In this document: positions 8,201 to 16,471 of the stretch, in pieces
How positions within the stretch are numbered: the stretch's first letter is position 1
How the letters are laid out: each line of letters begins with the position of its first letter
Virus record (IMG/VR): IMGVR_UViG_3300044974_000943
Source of the DNA: a virus
Strand: one strand, 5' to 3'
DNA length: 64,000 nt
The notes under the pieces: generated by a model
Database searches by the model: none
What the model was told of the DNA's origin: nothing
What the model saw: only the letters and a program-made list of their open reading frames with translations
Made by a program: the position numbers and the translations under genes

Positions 8201-10172
8201 GCAGAAATTCCCTCATTTTGCAATTACGAAAAAGGGCAATGTCTATCGGTTTTATCGTAATGGGGTGCGGATTGGGCTTGTGCAGTCAGGTAATGTTATC
8301 AACATCTCTAGTGGCGACCTAAAAATTGGCTACTACAAAAATCGCGTCACTCAAGCACCGTACTTTTTGTCGAACTTACGCCTCACAGTTGGAAAAGCTC
8401 TCTACACAGCTTACCAACACGATGTACCTCTAATCCCATACCCACTTGTTACAAATATCCTCGATGTAACAGAATTGCTCGACTACATTTCATTGGTATC
8501 GGACAACTACGTGTCAAATAAGGCTGTCAATGGCAATACACTGTCGCTGACCTTCAATAGCATCATCGCGCTTACTAATTTGCCTGTAGTGACGATTTTA
8601 GGGCAATCTGCTGACGTTGTGAATACTCAGTACAACACTTATGTTGCAACGCTATTATTGGAAAACGAAGTAACTGACCAGAAAGTGTACTTCAACATAG
8701 CAATTCACAATGAGCCAAGCTTACCAAACAAGGATTTCAGCGCAACTACCAACAATACAGCCGTTTTTGTAGAGAATAGTCCTTTCACTATTGTTTTTGC
8801 CACTACTCAGCCTAACGATAACAGCTACAAGCTATATGCGACAGTTACTCTCAACAAAGATGCTCCAGCCTTCAGTTTGGCGGCTCTGACACTGACTAAT
8901 TGTATTGTGGGTGGTCTTCTCAAGGCAAGTAACAACAATAGCTACTCGTTTGAAATTCAGGCGCTCACAAGTGGTACTTTTTCAGTCTCAGTGGCGGCAA
9001 ATACGGTCGCATCGGCAATTGGCACTTTGAATCAAGCATCGAACACACTTACTAGGATTGCTGTGGTTCCCGCCTACTTACCCGACCCGTACTACAACCA
9101 AACATTGCTGCTGCTTCAACCCACTGGAACGAATATCGTTGACGAGAGCCAGTATGAGGTCACACTTGCAGTAAATAATGTCGATGTAGTCGGAGATGAG
9201 TATCCTACTGGCTTGTTAAAGTCTATGCGGTTTAATGGTCAGGGTTCGAGCATTGTGGCAACGCTTCAGCAGCCTCTGAGCGCCAACCAAGACTATTGCA
9301 TCGAGTTCTACATCTATTTGTCCTCATTGACCACATTCTCTCTTTCTGCCCCTATTGCAAGCCCTGCGTCCGATGTAACACCGACTTCATTCAATATTAG
9401 TTGGAGTGATATTGTTGGAGCTACTGATTATGTTGTTGATATATCAAATACGAGTGATTTTTCAAGGAAAGTAGATGGATTTGACAATAAATTGGTTGGC
9501 GATGTTAATAGCGTTTCGGTTACTAGTGATTCAGCGATTGAATCTCCAGAAGTGGCAGAAAATAGAGTTAAGGGAGCTAATGGGTTTGTTGCGGAGTGGT
9601 CAAAAATGGCTAATGCTCTTGGATATAAAGTCTACACCTCATTGTCAAGTACTTTTAACACAAGTATTCAAGCTGTTTCGGGACTATTCACTCGTAGTAA
9701 CAATTTGGTGATTGGAAGTGCAGTAGATGCAGTTGAGTATGCACCAGAGCCTATAGTAGGTGATGTGACCTCTTTATCAGGTTCATATTCGTCGAACAGT
9801 ATCTTGCAAGGCATTCTCTCATCGGGAAATACCTCGCCAAAAATATTCGCATTCAATGACGAGGCGACACTTCGCATCTACAAGAGCAACCCAAATTACA
9901 CTCAACCTGCTATAGCTGAAGATTTAGAGGTGCGGAAGTGGTTTCACGTTGCTCTAACTAATTCTGCTAGTACAAAATCCACTAAGCTGTATATTGATGG
10001 TGAGCTTCGCGACAAAACTAAGAATAGTGATATGAGTTGGGATGCAGATTTACATATAGGAGCAGCTATTACGAATTTCTCAGGTTACATTCAATCATTT
10101 AGAATAACCTACGGCACTACTAGATATAATTCAGATTTTACTCCGCCAAATTTACCATTAGCAAAAAATTAA
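5238..10172 (+). CDS. Large receptor-binding or tail protein with several LamG/ConA-like domains plus Ig-like and FN3 domains
   Basis: Repeated (NF/DW)TIE..HLA..R..Y.NG..RIT..RY..FTPP LamG signatures; FTITW..FD....VSNG Ig-like segments; SFNISW..V.GATDYVVD FN3 segment; AAGGAAGG SD. Confidence 0.8.
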   Translation: MEGKTLAKYLASADATNSVVEDVYFNDVILLISGSASDNSRGLPFSRDYSRFQRHVKNFTGTSIDSAINYPTTGIPTLAGVSSCLRIPNAINRISRAAELNLGQGESLVKPSYCDVQLSGYSEGFSLGTDNFTIDLSFYVDTIYPVQTVFGMGACIQINAGDYRQTPSISSSNNSTNGYGLFLLNTDLYFYSKGATFKINTSPIAVNQFYTVAIVREANQLKTYINFTQTNSYTFSYNLTFNAADNADTALTRLSLGAPLLADSLIGFISTNMIDASFSGGISNFRITKTVSRYSSSFYNYTLPLPKNAVANRIDASYAATLFNFPLQFDAYNYAPNFKRLSNAELRKKVPNFNSGFLELEGNTTYTSEQITTNLSTSRWTMELYLGLFENNAGLLQNKTLEEWLSLNISDTDGVEKVNLLSLTSNNKLVASIDFSFYSDLQYIHRRLGAYLSFSCSEDGINWKTFSSETGNLVTRWGGTLTDYVLPSTDILFYNNGSINSNITTSTVKIASVFGEPNTHLAVSREDGFLYFYINGVNVKTVAYAGTLYQETNKLELKFGSLYQPWVSSSGGATRTLGVKGLRVTNANRFVSSTVPNDYFYNHCLQPLPLTTNVLTHPKARILAIVTVVTTPSISTSTCQWYVYLAQAVDNLVLADFSLSQIEGVAGAALTTIVKNNELEYVVTATTGTGNGKLGLNFVDRRTVRYKGISTLISNYTGELSFEGQSYVINKNAPVPTITSGSSPYINEAFSCTITWDAAITTFDISKIGVSNGVLSNLNLIDELKQTYQFNITPEKQGVVYVQALEGAGITDSNISSSKSNLLARIYAESFPILQLPFQLSTTINDVSPNQYQLAEIVTNNTLFSSTVFPIGTDSSLAVVPQLEQSGLTYDNFEAIGQSSSLVLTGDWTIEFHYRGNTFSPQNTAHLFSVEKSGFGFAVLAVNGNIVMARSIDLPTSLFSGVTLAETDVFSGNNPVYPAYENGAYTLQQKFPHFAITKKGNVYRFYRNGVRIGLVQSGNVINISSGDLKIGYYKNRVTQAPYFLSNLRLTVGKALYTAYQHDVPLIPYPLVTNILDVTELLDYISLVSDNYVSNKAVNGNTLSLTFNSIIALTNLPVVTILGQSADVVNTQYNTYVATLLLENEVTDQKVYFNIAIHNEPSLPNKDFSATTNNTAVFVENSPFTIVFATTQPNDNSYKLYATVTLNKDAPAFSLAALTLTNCIVGGLLKASNNNSYSFEIQALTSGTFSVSVAANTVASAIGTLNQASNTLTRIAVVPAYLPDPYYNQTLLLLQPTGTNIVDESQYEVTLAVNNVDVVGDEYPTGLLKSMRFNGQGSSIVATLQQPLSANQDYCIEFYIYLSSLTTFSLSAPIASPASDVTPTSFNISWSDIVGATDYVVDISNTSDFSRKVDGFDNKLVGDVNSVSVTSDSAIESPEVAENRVKGANGFVAEWSKMANALGYKVYTSLSSTFNTSIQAVSGLFTRSNNLVIGSAVDAVEYAPEPIVGDVTSLSGSYSSNSILQGILSSGNTSPKIFAFNDEATLRIYKSNPNYTQPAIAEDLEVRKWFHVALTNSASTKSTKLYIDGELRDKTKNSDMSWDADLHIGAAITNFSGYIQSFRITYGTTRYNSDFTPPNLPLAKN

Positions 10173-10177
10173 CTGAG

Positions 10178-12112
10178 ATGGGAAGATTTATCAAACGTGA
10201 TTCTACAGGAAAAATTTATCTTCGCGAAAATCAGACGAATGAATGGTTACTAATTTCCAATCAATCTGTCGTAGAAACGAGAACGCAAAAACGAACCCAA
10301 CAAAGAAAATCGACAGAATCACTTTTTAAATTAGTCACGGTCAGACGGCTCGACCAACTTTCCATCGATACCGTCACATCTCGGTTGCGTATAGCTCAAG
10401 CCAACTTAGAGCGAAGCGCTGTGCTAGCCCAATTCCCTCTGCCAGCGCCAGTTAAGTTCCCAGAGACAGAAGAAGACCTCATCAACTACTTCTCAGTTTT
10501 CGTCGATGAAGACCTGTACGGCGTTAACGAACCAATCTTCACTTTTTTCTGTGATAGCTACCAGACCCAGATAAAAGCGTTTGTTACAGCCAACTCTAAA
10601 AACCGAGAAGGCTGGAGCGTACATCTTGCCTATGTTAAATCTGTTGTTACTAGGCAATATGGCTTAAAAGATGTGGACTGGCGTTTGGTTACTATCGACA
10701 ATGCAGACATATCACCAGCTAATGATGGAATAGTTGTTACAGAAAAGACAGTATATGAGCTTAACCTTGATGATACTGGAGTTCCTAGCTGTTTCAAGGA
10801 GAATTTCTCTCTGGAGTCGCTTAAGTACTTGGGGGGAGGTATTTGGGGCGCTTTAGCCATCGACTCAGACGACAAAATTCCTGTATACGGGTTTGCGCCA
10901 AGAGATGATAGCAGATATAAGCAAATCAGTAATGGTAAGTCCAGATTAGGCGTTACGGTTGTTTCCTACAGTGTTACACCAACATATTCATTTACTTGGT
11001 GCAGAGGGCAGTCAGTACTTAGGAAACGCAGTAGAAATGCCTCCGTGCAATTTGACCAACAAGCTTTTGACGAAACTTCGGTACTTGTGCAGAAAAGAAA
11101 CTCGAACTATGCCCTTGATTTGTGTTTGCGTCCTGAAATGTCAGCTAATTACCTGACTCAAAAAACAATCACTGAAACCTGCAACTCCCAAGCCACTTAC
11201 GTCGGAAATACCAACTATCGGCTTGCATCTAAGCGAAAAGACCCTGACTACGGGACTGATGAAGCTAGATTCAGTTTACACAAATATAAGCAAGAATCAA
11301 ATGTGTTGCGACCTAATCCTTTTGGAGTACTAGCGGCTTCTAAGGAAGGTGTAAATATGCTGCGACTTGATATGGGTATGGCAGAAGGAAAAATTGAGCA
11401 ACCTTATGACATTAAGTACGCGCAAGGTGAAAGGGGTGTCAGCTATTCATGGGGATATCAGTATTGGTGGACTTATGGCAAAATTTTAGATGTTTACCCA
11501 ACAGTTAAAAATCAGTTCACGTATTTTGGCGATAGATTAAGCTCCACTGGAGGTACTTTTAAATCTGCACTATTTGTTGATGGCGCAAATCCTTATGGCG
11601 CACTTATAAAAACCGATATACCTAATAGAGCTATGACTACTTGGGGTACGCCTATTAACCCTGAGAGTGGCTTTTGGGCTGTTAGGCAAGGTATTTTTGA
11701 GTTTGTGTTGAAATACTCGATGCCGCCACTATTTTCGCACGATGGCTGTTACTACTATCAAGTCAATCCTCGCAGAGTTGTCAGTAATTCGTCCTCTGGC
11801 GATAGATATTACGATAGCTCAGTTACAATACCTCAGTCGGGTTTTGCGGCTGTGTCGGGCTTCTATCCGCCAAATGCACTTAATAGCCAGAATGCTTACA
11901 TAAACGTCTACAATCAGATATTAGGGAGCTTTGGTGCTGGAGGAATTAGTACTTACAATATTGGGTACAGACCTATTGCTGCAAATGACTCGGAATCGCT
12001 TCTGGTGTTTGCGCCAAACCCTGAACAGCAAGCAGAGCTAGGGGAACAGCCGTCGCTCTTCCCAAGCGGCTTTGTGGGTGATGTAAGGGAGAACATTGAA
12101 ATTAAGGATTAA
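10178..12112 (+). CDS. Hypothetical protein, likely virion-associated
   Basis: 644-aa ORF co-oriented with the structural operon; no motif recognised. Confidence 0.7.
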   Translation: MGRFIKRDSTGKIYLRENQTNEWLLISNQSVVETRTQKRTQQRKSTESLFKLVTVRRLDQLSIDTVTSRLRIAQANLERSAVLAQFPLPAPVKFPETEEDLINYFSVFVDEDLYGVNEPIFTFFCDSYQTQIKAFVTANSKNREGWSVHLAYVKSVVTRQYGLKDVDWRLVTIDNADISPANDGIVVTEKTVYELNLDDTGVPSCFKENFSLESLKYLGGGIWGALAIDSDDKIPVYGFAPRDDSRYKQISNGKSRLGVTVVSYSVTPTYSFTWCRGQSVLRKRSRNASVQFDQQAFDETSVLVQKRNSNYALDLCLRPEMSANYLTQKTITETCNSQATYVGNTNYRLASKRKDPDYGTDEARFSLHKYKQESNVLRPNPFGVLAASKEGVNMLRLDMGMAEGKIEQPYDIKYAQGERGVSYSWGYQYWWTYGKILDVYPTVKNQFTYFGDRLSSTGGTFKSALFVDGANPYGALIKTDIPNRAMTTWGTPINPESGFWAVRQGIFEFVLKYSMPPLFSHDGCYYYQVNPRRVVSNSSSGDRYYDSSVTIPQSGFAAVSGFYPPNALNSQNAYINVYNQILGSFGAGGISTYNIGYRPIAANDSESLLVFAPNPEQQAELGEQPSLFPSGFVGDVRENIEIKD

Positions 12113-12183
12113 GCCCAAAGTCAGATTCGGACTGACGACCTTTGGTTTACAAAACCACTGCTCTCCCACTGAGCTAATAACCC
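12112..12183 (-). tRNA. tRNA-Thr(UGU)-like gene with unpaired acceptor stem (possible pseudo-tRNA)
   Basis: D arm GCTC/GAGC, anticodon loop TTTGTAA, T arm GTCAG-TCCGAAT-CTGAC; acceptor GGGTTAT/TTTGGGC pairs poorly. Confidence 0.7.
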
Positions 12184-12186
12184 AGA

Positions 12187-12259
12187 CTCCTCCACTTGGA
12201 CTCGAACCAAGGACATTCGCGTTAACAGCGCGACGCTCTACCAACTGAGCTATAGAGGA
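12187..12259 (-). tRNA. trnN: tRNA-Asn(GUU)
   Basis: Canonical cloverleaf: TCCTCTA/TGGAGGA, anticodon arm TCGCG-CTGTTAA-CGCGA, T loop TTCGAGT. Confidence 0.95.
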
Positions 12260-12262
12260 TTA

Positions 12263-12336
12263 AGCGAAACGAGAGACTTGAACTCTTAACCTTTCCCTTG
12301 GAAGGGGCTGGCTCTACCAAATTGAGCTAGTTCCGC
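12263..12336 (-). tRNA. trnG: tRNA-Gly(UCC)
   Basis: Acceptor GCGGAAC/GTTTCGC, U73, loop CTTCCAA; two mismatches at top of anticodon stem and one in T stem. Confidence 0.85.
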
Positions 12337-12340
12337 GTAT

Positions 12341-12417
12341 TGGAGGCAGAGTTCAGATTCGCACTGAATGATGTCCAACTTATGAGGATGGCAAGCCGCT
12401 ATTGCTTCATCTCTGCA
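12341..12417 (-). tRNA. Atypical tRNA-Met(CAU), initiator-like, with encoded CCA
   Basis: T1xC72 mismatch, GCAGAG/CTCTGC, D stem AAGC/GCTT, loop CTCATAA, T loop TGCGAAT, 3' CCA. Confidence 0.75.
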
Positions 12418-12423
12418 ATTTTT

Positions 12424-12434
12424 AATATAACACA
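12424..12434 (-). promoter_or_regulatory. Extended -10 promoter of the tRNA cluster
   Basis: TGTGT-TATATT, then 6 nt to the first tRNA nucleotide (12417). Confidence 0.65.
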
Positions 12435-12520
12435 AACTAAACTTATGTATATCTATCTTAAGAGGTATTATCTCCAAGGTACAAATTTGATAAGTTGCCA
12501 AACAGCCAAAATCCAAGTAA

Positions 12521-12715
12521 TCATTTCTTTTGTCCTTCTTTCCAACGTTTTTCTAGTTTAGCAGCCACACAAGCTGGAAGCACTAAAGTTTCAGTTGTAG
12601 GAGTGTCTCTAAGCATATTTGCAGTGTCTAACAGGTCTTGCCAAGGATTGATAGACTCTGGCGGCAAAGTCCAAGATGATTTATTTTTCATCTCTTTATC
12701 TAACCATAAAAACAA
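12521..12715 (-). CDS. Small hypothetical protein
   Basis: ORF overlapping the end of 12700..13446. Confidence 0.45.
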   Translation of the reverse strand: MFLWLDKEMKNKSSWTLPPESINPWQDLLDTANMLRDTPTTETLVLPACVAAKLEKRWKEGQKK

Positions 12716-13446
12716 GAAACATTATATGTAACCAAAGAGGTATCTTGTTGTTCAGGTCGAAAATTGCGGTCTTCGCTGTAAGTTTGCAAATATTGCACAT
12801 CACTGCCAAAAATTGAGTAAATGTCAGCAGTGAAAATGGATTGTCGTTCAGGAAGTTGCTGCCAGTCAGAATCGGTAGCTGTAGGGTAGGCTTTAGTGGC
12901 TTTAAGGCATCTCCAGTAATAGTTGGAGTATTTGACGAGACTACCTCTTGGAAACGCCTCTAGGACGCTAGAAGTGGCTTTACCGATGTCTATAGCTTGC
13001 TCTGCTGGTCTTTGAATTGTGTTGGTGATGAACTTTTTATCGATAATTAAGGAATATCGAGGGTCGAGCTTAGGTATTAGGAACTCTCTGTAATAGATTG
13101 TATTCAGAATAAGCCCTTTATTACCTAATGTGGGATGTACCTGTTCTTTGCGACCGTATTCTCGCCTATTGATTTTGTCTTTATAGACTATTGGGGTTAG
13201 TGAGCCTGTTAGTTTTTTTTCAGTTCCTGTGGCGCTGATAAGGTTGATGCTGGGTCGATAATTAGTCGATGCTCCTTGGATATTGGTCAAGATATACAAA
13301 GGAAAAAATTTATCATACGTGCCGTTAAGTTTCTGGTGAAGCGAATTGTCCTCTGCGGCAAAGATTGTCTCAAAAGGTATGCCTACACTGTTTCTTGGAG
13401 ATAAGAACTCAAAACCATCAATTTTCGGGAATGTGAAGTCTGGCAT
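12700..13446 (-). CDS. Hypothetical protein with a CBM5/12-like aromatic module
   Basis: FPRGSLVKYSNYYWRCLKATKAYPTATDSDWQQL. Confidence 0.6.
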   Translation of the reverse strand: MPDFTFPKIDGFEFLSPRNSVGIPFETIFAAEDNSLHQKLNGTYDKFFPLYILTNIQGASTNYRPSINLISATGTEKKLTGSLTPIVYKDKINRREYGRKEQVHPTLGNKGLILNTIYYREFLIPKLDPRYSLIIDKKFITNTIQRPAEQAIDIGKATSSVLEAFPRGSLVKYSNYYWRCLKATKAYPTATDSDWQQLPERQSIFTADIYSIFGSDVQYLQTYSEDRNFRPEQQDTSLVTYNVSCFYG

Positions 13447-13637
13447 TATTTTACTGCTGTATCAGGTAAGGAGTCAATCCAGTCCTCAAAAACAGATGTC
13501 ATTTTTTTCTCACGCGAATCAGCGTAATTTTTTAGCTTATCCATGCGTTTTTCAGATATGACCGCATTAAATCTTTTACTTTTATCGATATTGCTCATTG
13601 TTTATGTTTTTTATATGTTATACTGTATTTATTATAC

Positions 13638-14483
13638 ATGAAAGGACGAGTATACGCAATGGTTGAGACTTGGATTTTATATCAAACTACGAACGTTTGC
13701 AATGGCAAAATTTATGTTGGGGTACATAAATTAGCTAACACTAAAAGGTCTAAGAATTATCTTGGAAGTGGTTATGCTTTGAAACCAGCTATCGAAAAAT
13801 ACGGCATAGAAAATTTTACCAGAGTAACTTTAGCAGAATTCAATTGCCCCGAAAATGCCTACGATGCTGAAGCTAAGGTAGTTACAGCAGATTTTATTCT
13901 ACGTGAAGATACCTACAATATTAGATTGGGTGGTAAAGGGTGTTGGGGTTTGAAACATTCAGAGGAAACTAAAAAGAAGATGTCTGTTACCAAGAAAGGT
14001 ACGGTTGTGAATCCTGAAACTAGGATGAAACTCAGTACTGCACTAAAAGGTAAACCCAAAACGGAAGAAACTAAAAGAAAGATGAGCGCTAGTCAAAAAG
14101 GTAAAAAAATTAGCGAAGAACATAGAGCCAGTATTAAAATTTCCCATAACACACCTGAAGCTAAAGCTAATATGAGTGCTGCTCAAAAGGGCAAAAAACT
14201 GAGTGAAGAGCATAAATTAAAAATCAGTGTGGCTAAAAGTGGGGTAAATAACCATAATTTTGGCAAACCTTGTCCTGACGCAATTAAAGCGAAAATTAGT
14301 GCAGCTTGTAGTGTACCTGTAATAGTATGTGGAGAATACTATAAATCTATTGACAAAGCTTCAAAAACTAAAGAAGTTACCTATAAGACAGTATTCTACA
14401 GAGTTAAATCTGACAATCCGAAATGGTCAGAATGGCGCTTAGCTACCGATGCAGAAAAATTGTCTCATCTGAGTGAGTTATAA
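13638..14483 (+). CDS. Free-standing GIY-YIG homing endonuclease with NUMOD3 repeats (Seg-like)
   Basis: ILYQTTN..NGKIYVGVH..YLGSG..AIEKYG.ENF; repeated HSEETKKKMS/SEEHKLKIS. Confidence 0.9.
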   Translation: MKGRVYAMVETWILYQTTNVCNGKIYVGVHKLANTKRSKNYLGSGYALKPAIEKYGIENFTRVTLAEFNCPENAYDAEAKVVTADFILREDTYNIRLGGKGCWGLKHSEETKKKMSVTKKGTVVNPETRMKLSTALKGKPKTEETKRKMSASQKGKKISEEHRASIKISHNTPEAKANMSAAQKGKKLSEEHKLKISVAKSGVNNHNFGKPCPDAIKAKISAACSVPVIVCGEYYKSIDKASKTKEVTYKTVFYRVKSDNPKWSEWRLATDAEKLSHLSEL

Positions 14484-14486
14484 TGA

Positions 14487-16046
14487 ATGCAATCAATAAA
14501 ACTTTTTATTATCCCTATGCCGATGTTCGAGGAAGCAACCCAGTTAAGCCTATTAGAAGACCTAGACGATTCTTTGTTGTTTGCTGGGACTCCTACGCCT
14601 ATGGCAGCACTTCAACAAGGGATGTACTCAGTAGAAATTCAGTCGTTAACGGCAGATGCACAAGCCGAAATAAATCATCCAAACGAAACTGAGCGCCCCA
14701 GCATAAAACAGTTAAGTGAGCTAGGTAATCGCGACCCCGTAGCCAAACAGTGCTTAAGTTTCAAAGCGTTAAGATGTACAAGCTCATTTGGCGAATACTC
14801 CCACAGCAAGCGCGAGATAGAAGAATTTGTAAACTCAAATTTAAGAACATTACCAAAAAGCTTTAAAAAAATTATATTTCAGATTTTTACCTCAGCTATT
14901 CTCTATGGGATAGGTCTTGCTGAGTTCACTAAATCGTCTAAAATAAGGGGGTATCGTGGTCAATGGCGTATAGGTAATATTCACGTTTTAAATCCTGAGC
15001 AAATCATATCTTTCGGAAAATCCTCTAAAAGTTCTGGGAAAATTGAGTGGGTACTTTACGATAATGGAAATGGGAAGCAAGTAAAAATTCCATATCAGAA
15101 GCTCTTGCATATCACAAACACAAGCGGGGCAGCCTTTGATAAGACCGCGATTTGGGGTGTAGGCGACGGTGCAGCCGCAAATTCGTACTACAAATTAAAA
15201 AAAGTAGTACTCACACACCTAGCACTCCGCATCAAAAACGATAGCGAAGGTCTACTCTGGGCAAAAACACCCAACAACGGTACGACCACAATGGTTGACA
15301 CCCAAGGTAACGTTAAAAAAGACAACAAGGGCAAGCCACTCCAACTAACAAAACAAGCTGCTCTTTCGCACCAACTAAAAGACATTCAAAAGCGAGGATT
15401 CATCGTCACCGATAACGACGTAGAACTCAGCCGCATCCAAATACAAAACACCAGCGAAAATCACTTCAAAGCGTTAGAATACATCGATAGAGGCATTCAA
15501 TCCAGTTTTGCCATACCTTCAGGCATCTTTGACGTTAATAGCGGCTCAGGAACGACAAATCTAGGTAATAACGGCTTTGGTCAAAATTTCAAGATGACCT
15601 TTGACTCAACCATCTTCGCACTAACTACCACACTCAAGCACGAAATTATCCACAAAATGATTCGTGGCTTATTACACGACAACTTCCCTTCAAGTTGGTT
15701 CAGCGAAGATTGGGGCGAGTTTGTATTCGATGTCGAAGAAGACCAAGCAACAGTTAATGGTCGTCTCAGCACTATTACTTCACTTATTGCATCTGGCATC
15801 ATTCCTGCCGATGACGTTGAGGTACTTAGCCTTATCCGTAAGAACCTTGGATTACCTTCACTCGATGAAGACGAAAAAGCCAAGAAACAAGAAGATGCAC
15901 TTAAAGCTGAGATACAAAAAGAATTACAAAAACAAAGTGAAGTATTGGCTCTACAGGCTCAAATCCAGCAAATGCAGATGCCTCCTGCCCCACCAGAAGG
16001 ACAACCTGAGCAATATCCTCTTCAAGAGGGAGCGCCGCAAGCATAG
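14487..16046 (+). CDS. Portal protein (DUF935/Mu gp29-like)
   Basis: 519 aa; AILYGIGLAE, KIPYQKLLH, WGVG, ALEYIDRGI..F.IP, IIHKMIRGLLHDNF, IRKNLGLP. Confidence 0.75.
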   Translation: MQSIKLFIIPMPMFEEATQLSLLEDLDDSLLFAGTPTPMAALQQGMYSVEIQSLTADAQAEINHPNETERPSIKQLSELGNRDPVAKQCLSFKALRCTSSFGEYSHSKREIEEFVNSNLRTLPKSFKKIIFQIFTSAILYGIGLAEFTKSSKIRGYRGQWRIGNIHVLNPEQIISFGKSSKSSGKIEWVLYDNGNGKQVKIPYQKLLHITNTSGAAFDKTAIWGVGDGAAANSYYKLKKVVLTHLALRIKNDSEGLLWAKTPNNGTTTMVDTQGNVKKDNKGKPLQLTKQAALSHQLKDIQKRGFIVTDNDVELSRIQIQNTSENHFKALEYIDRGIQSSFAIPSGIFDVNSGSGTTNLGNNGFGQNFKMTFDSTIFALTTTLKHEIIHKMIRGLLHDNFPSSWFSEDWGEFVFDVEEDQATVNGRLSTITSLIASGIIPADDVEVLSLIRKNLGLPSLDEDEKAKKQEDALKAEIQKELQKQSEVLALQAQIQQMQMPPAPPEGQPEQYPLQEGAPQA

Positions 16047-16052
16047 TAGTTA

Positions 16053-16061
16053 TGTTATACT
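16053..16061 (+). promoter_or_regulatory. Extended -10 promoter (TGT-TATACT) for the downstream structured RNA
   Basis: Same spacing as other promoters here predicts +1 at G16068. Confidence 0.6.
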
Positions 16062-16067
16062 AAAAAA

Positions 16068-16293
16068 GTCCTAGAGGGATTCGTAGGCATTACGAAATTA
16101 CTGATTTCTAGAGTCGGTGGTTGAACCTGTCAAAAACCGTAGGCATCACGGGACTCTTAACTGAGGCGCAAAAGTTAAGAGTCAAAACTGCCTGATATCT
16201 ACAGGCTCTGAAAGGCTACTAACAGTCCTCAAACTTCGGAGCGAAACAGCAGACTAAGCCTCTCACTGAAGCTGAAACTAGTCTGCGCCCTCT
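16068..16293 (+). ncRNA. Unidentified multi-hairpin structured RNA (~225 nt)
   Basis: Closing stem 16073-78/16288-93; perfect 11-bp stem 16152-62/16173-83; 8-bp stem 16249-56/16279-86; G-U-rich stem 16097-16121; two CGTAGGCATYACG hairpins; no listed ORF spans it. Confidence 0.7.
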
Positions 16294-16467
16294 TTATTCT
16301 TTTTCATCTGACGAAGTTGCCGCTTGCTCCTTCTTTTTTCTGACGTATTTTTTAGTTTCTTTTTCTACAACAGGACTAATCAAATTTTGTAGCCCTGTTT
16401 GATAAATATTTGCAAAGTTAGCGCCCGACGAATGAGCCTTAGCGAAATGAGTGAAGTGTTTCATCAT
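16294..16467 (-). CDS. Small basic protein with MKHFTHF..ANF N-terminus
   Basis: Start moved to MMKHF, 4 nt after the stop of 16472..19171. Confidence 0.6.
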   Translation of the reverse strand: MMKHFTHFAKAHSSGANFANIYQTGLQNLISPVVEKETKKYVRKKKEQAATSSDEKE

Positions 16468-16471
16468 ATTT

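Noticed and set aside
16248-16290. Group I intron P7-like GACTA/TAGTC, or a hammerhead core, in the ncRNA candidate
   Set aside because: No AAGAUA J8/7, no interrupted gene and no CUGANGA; the match is explained as a simple 8-bp stem
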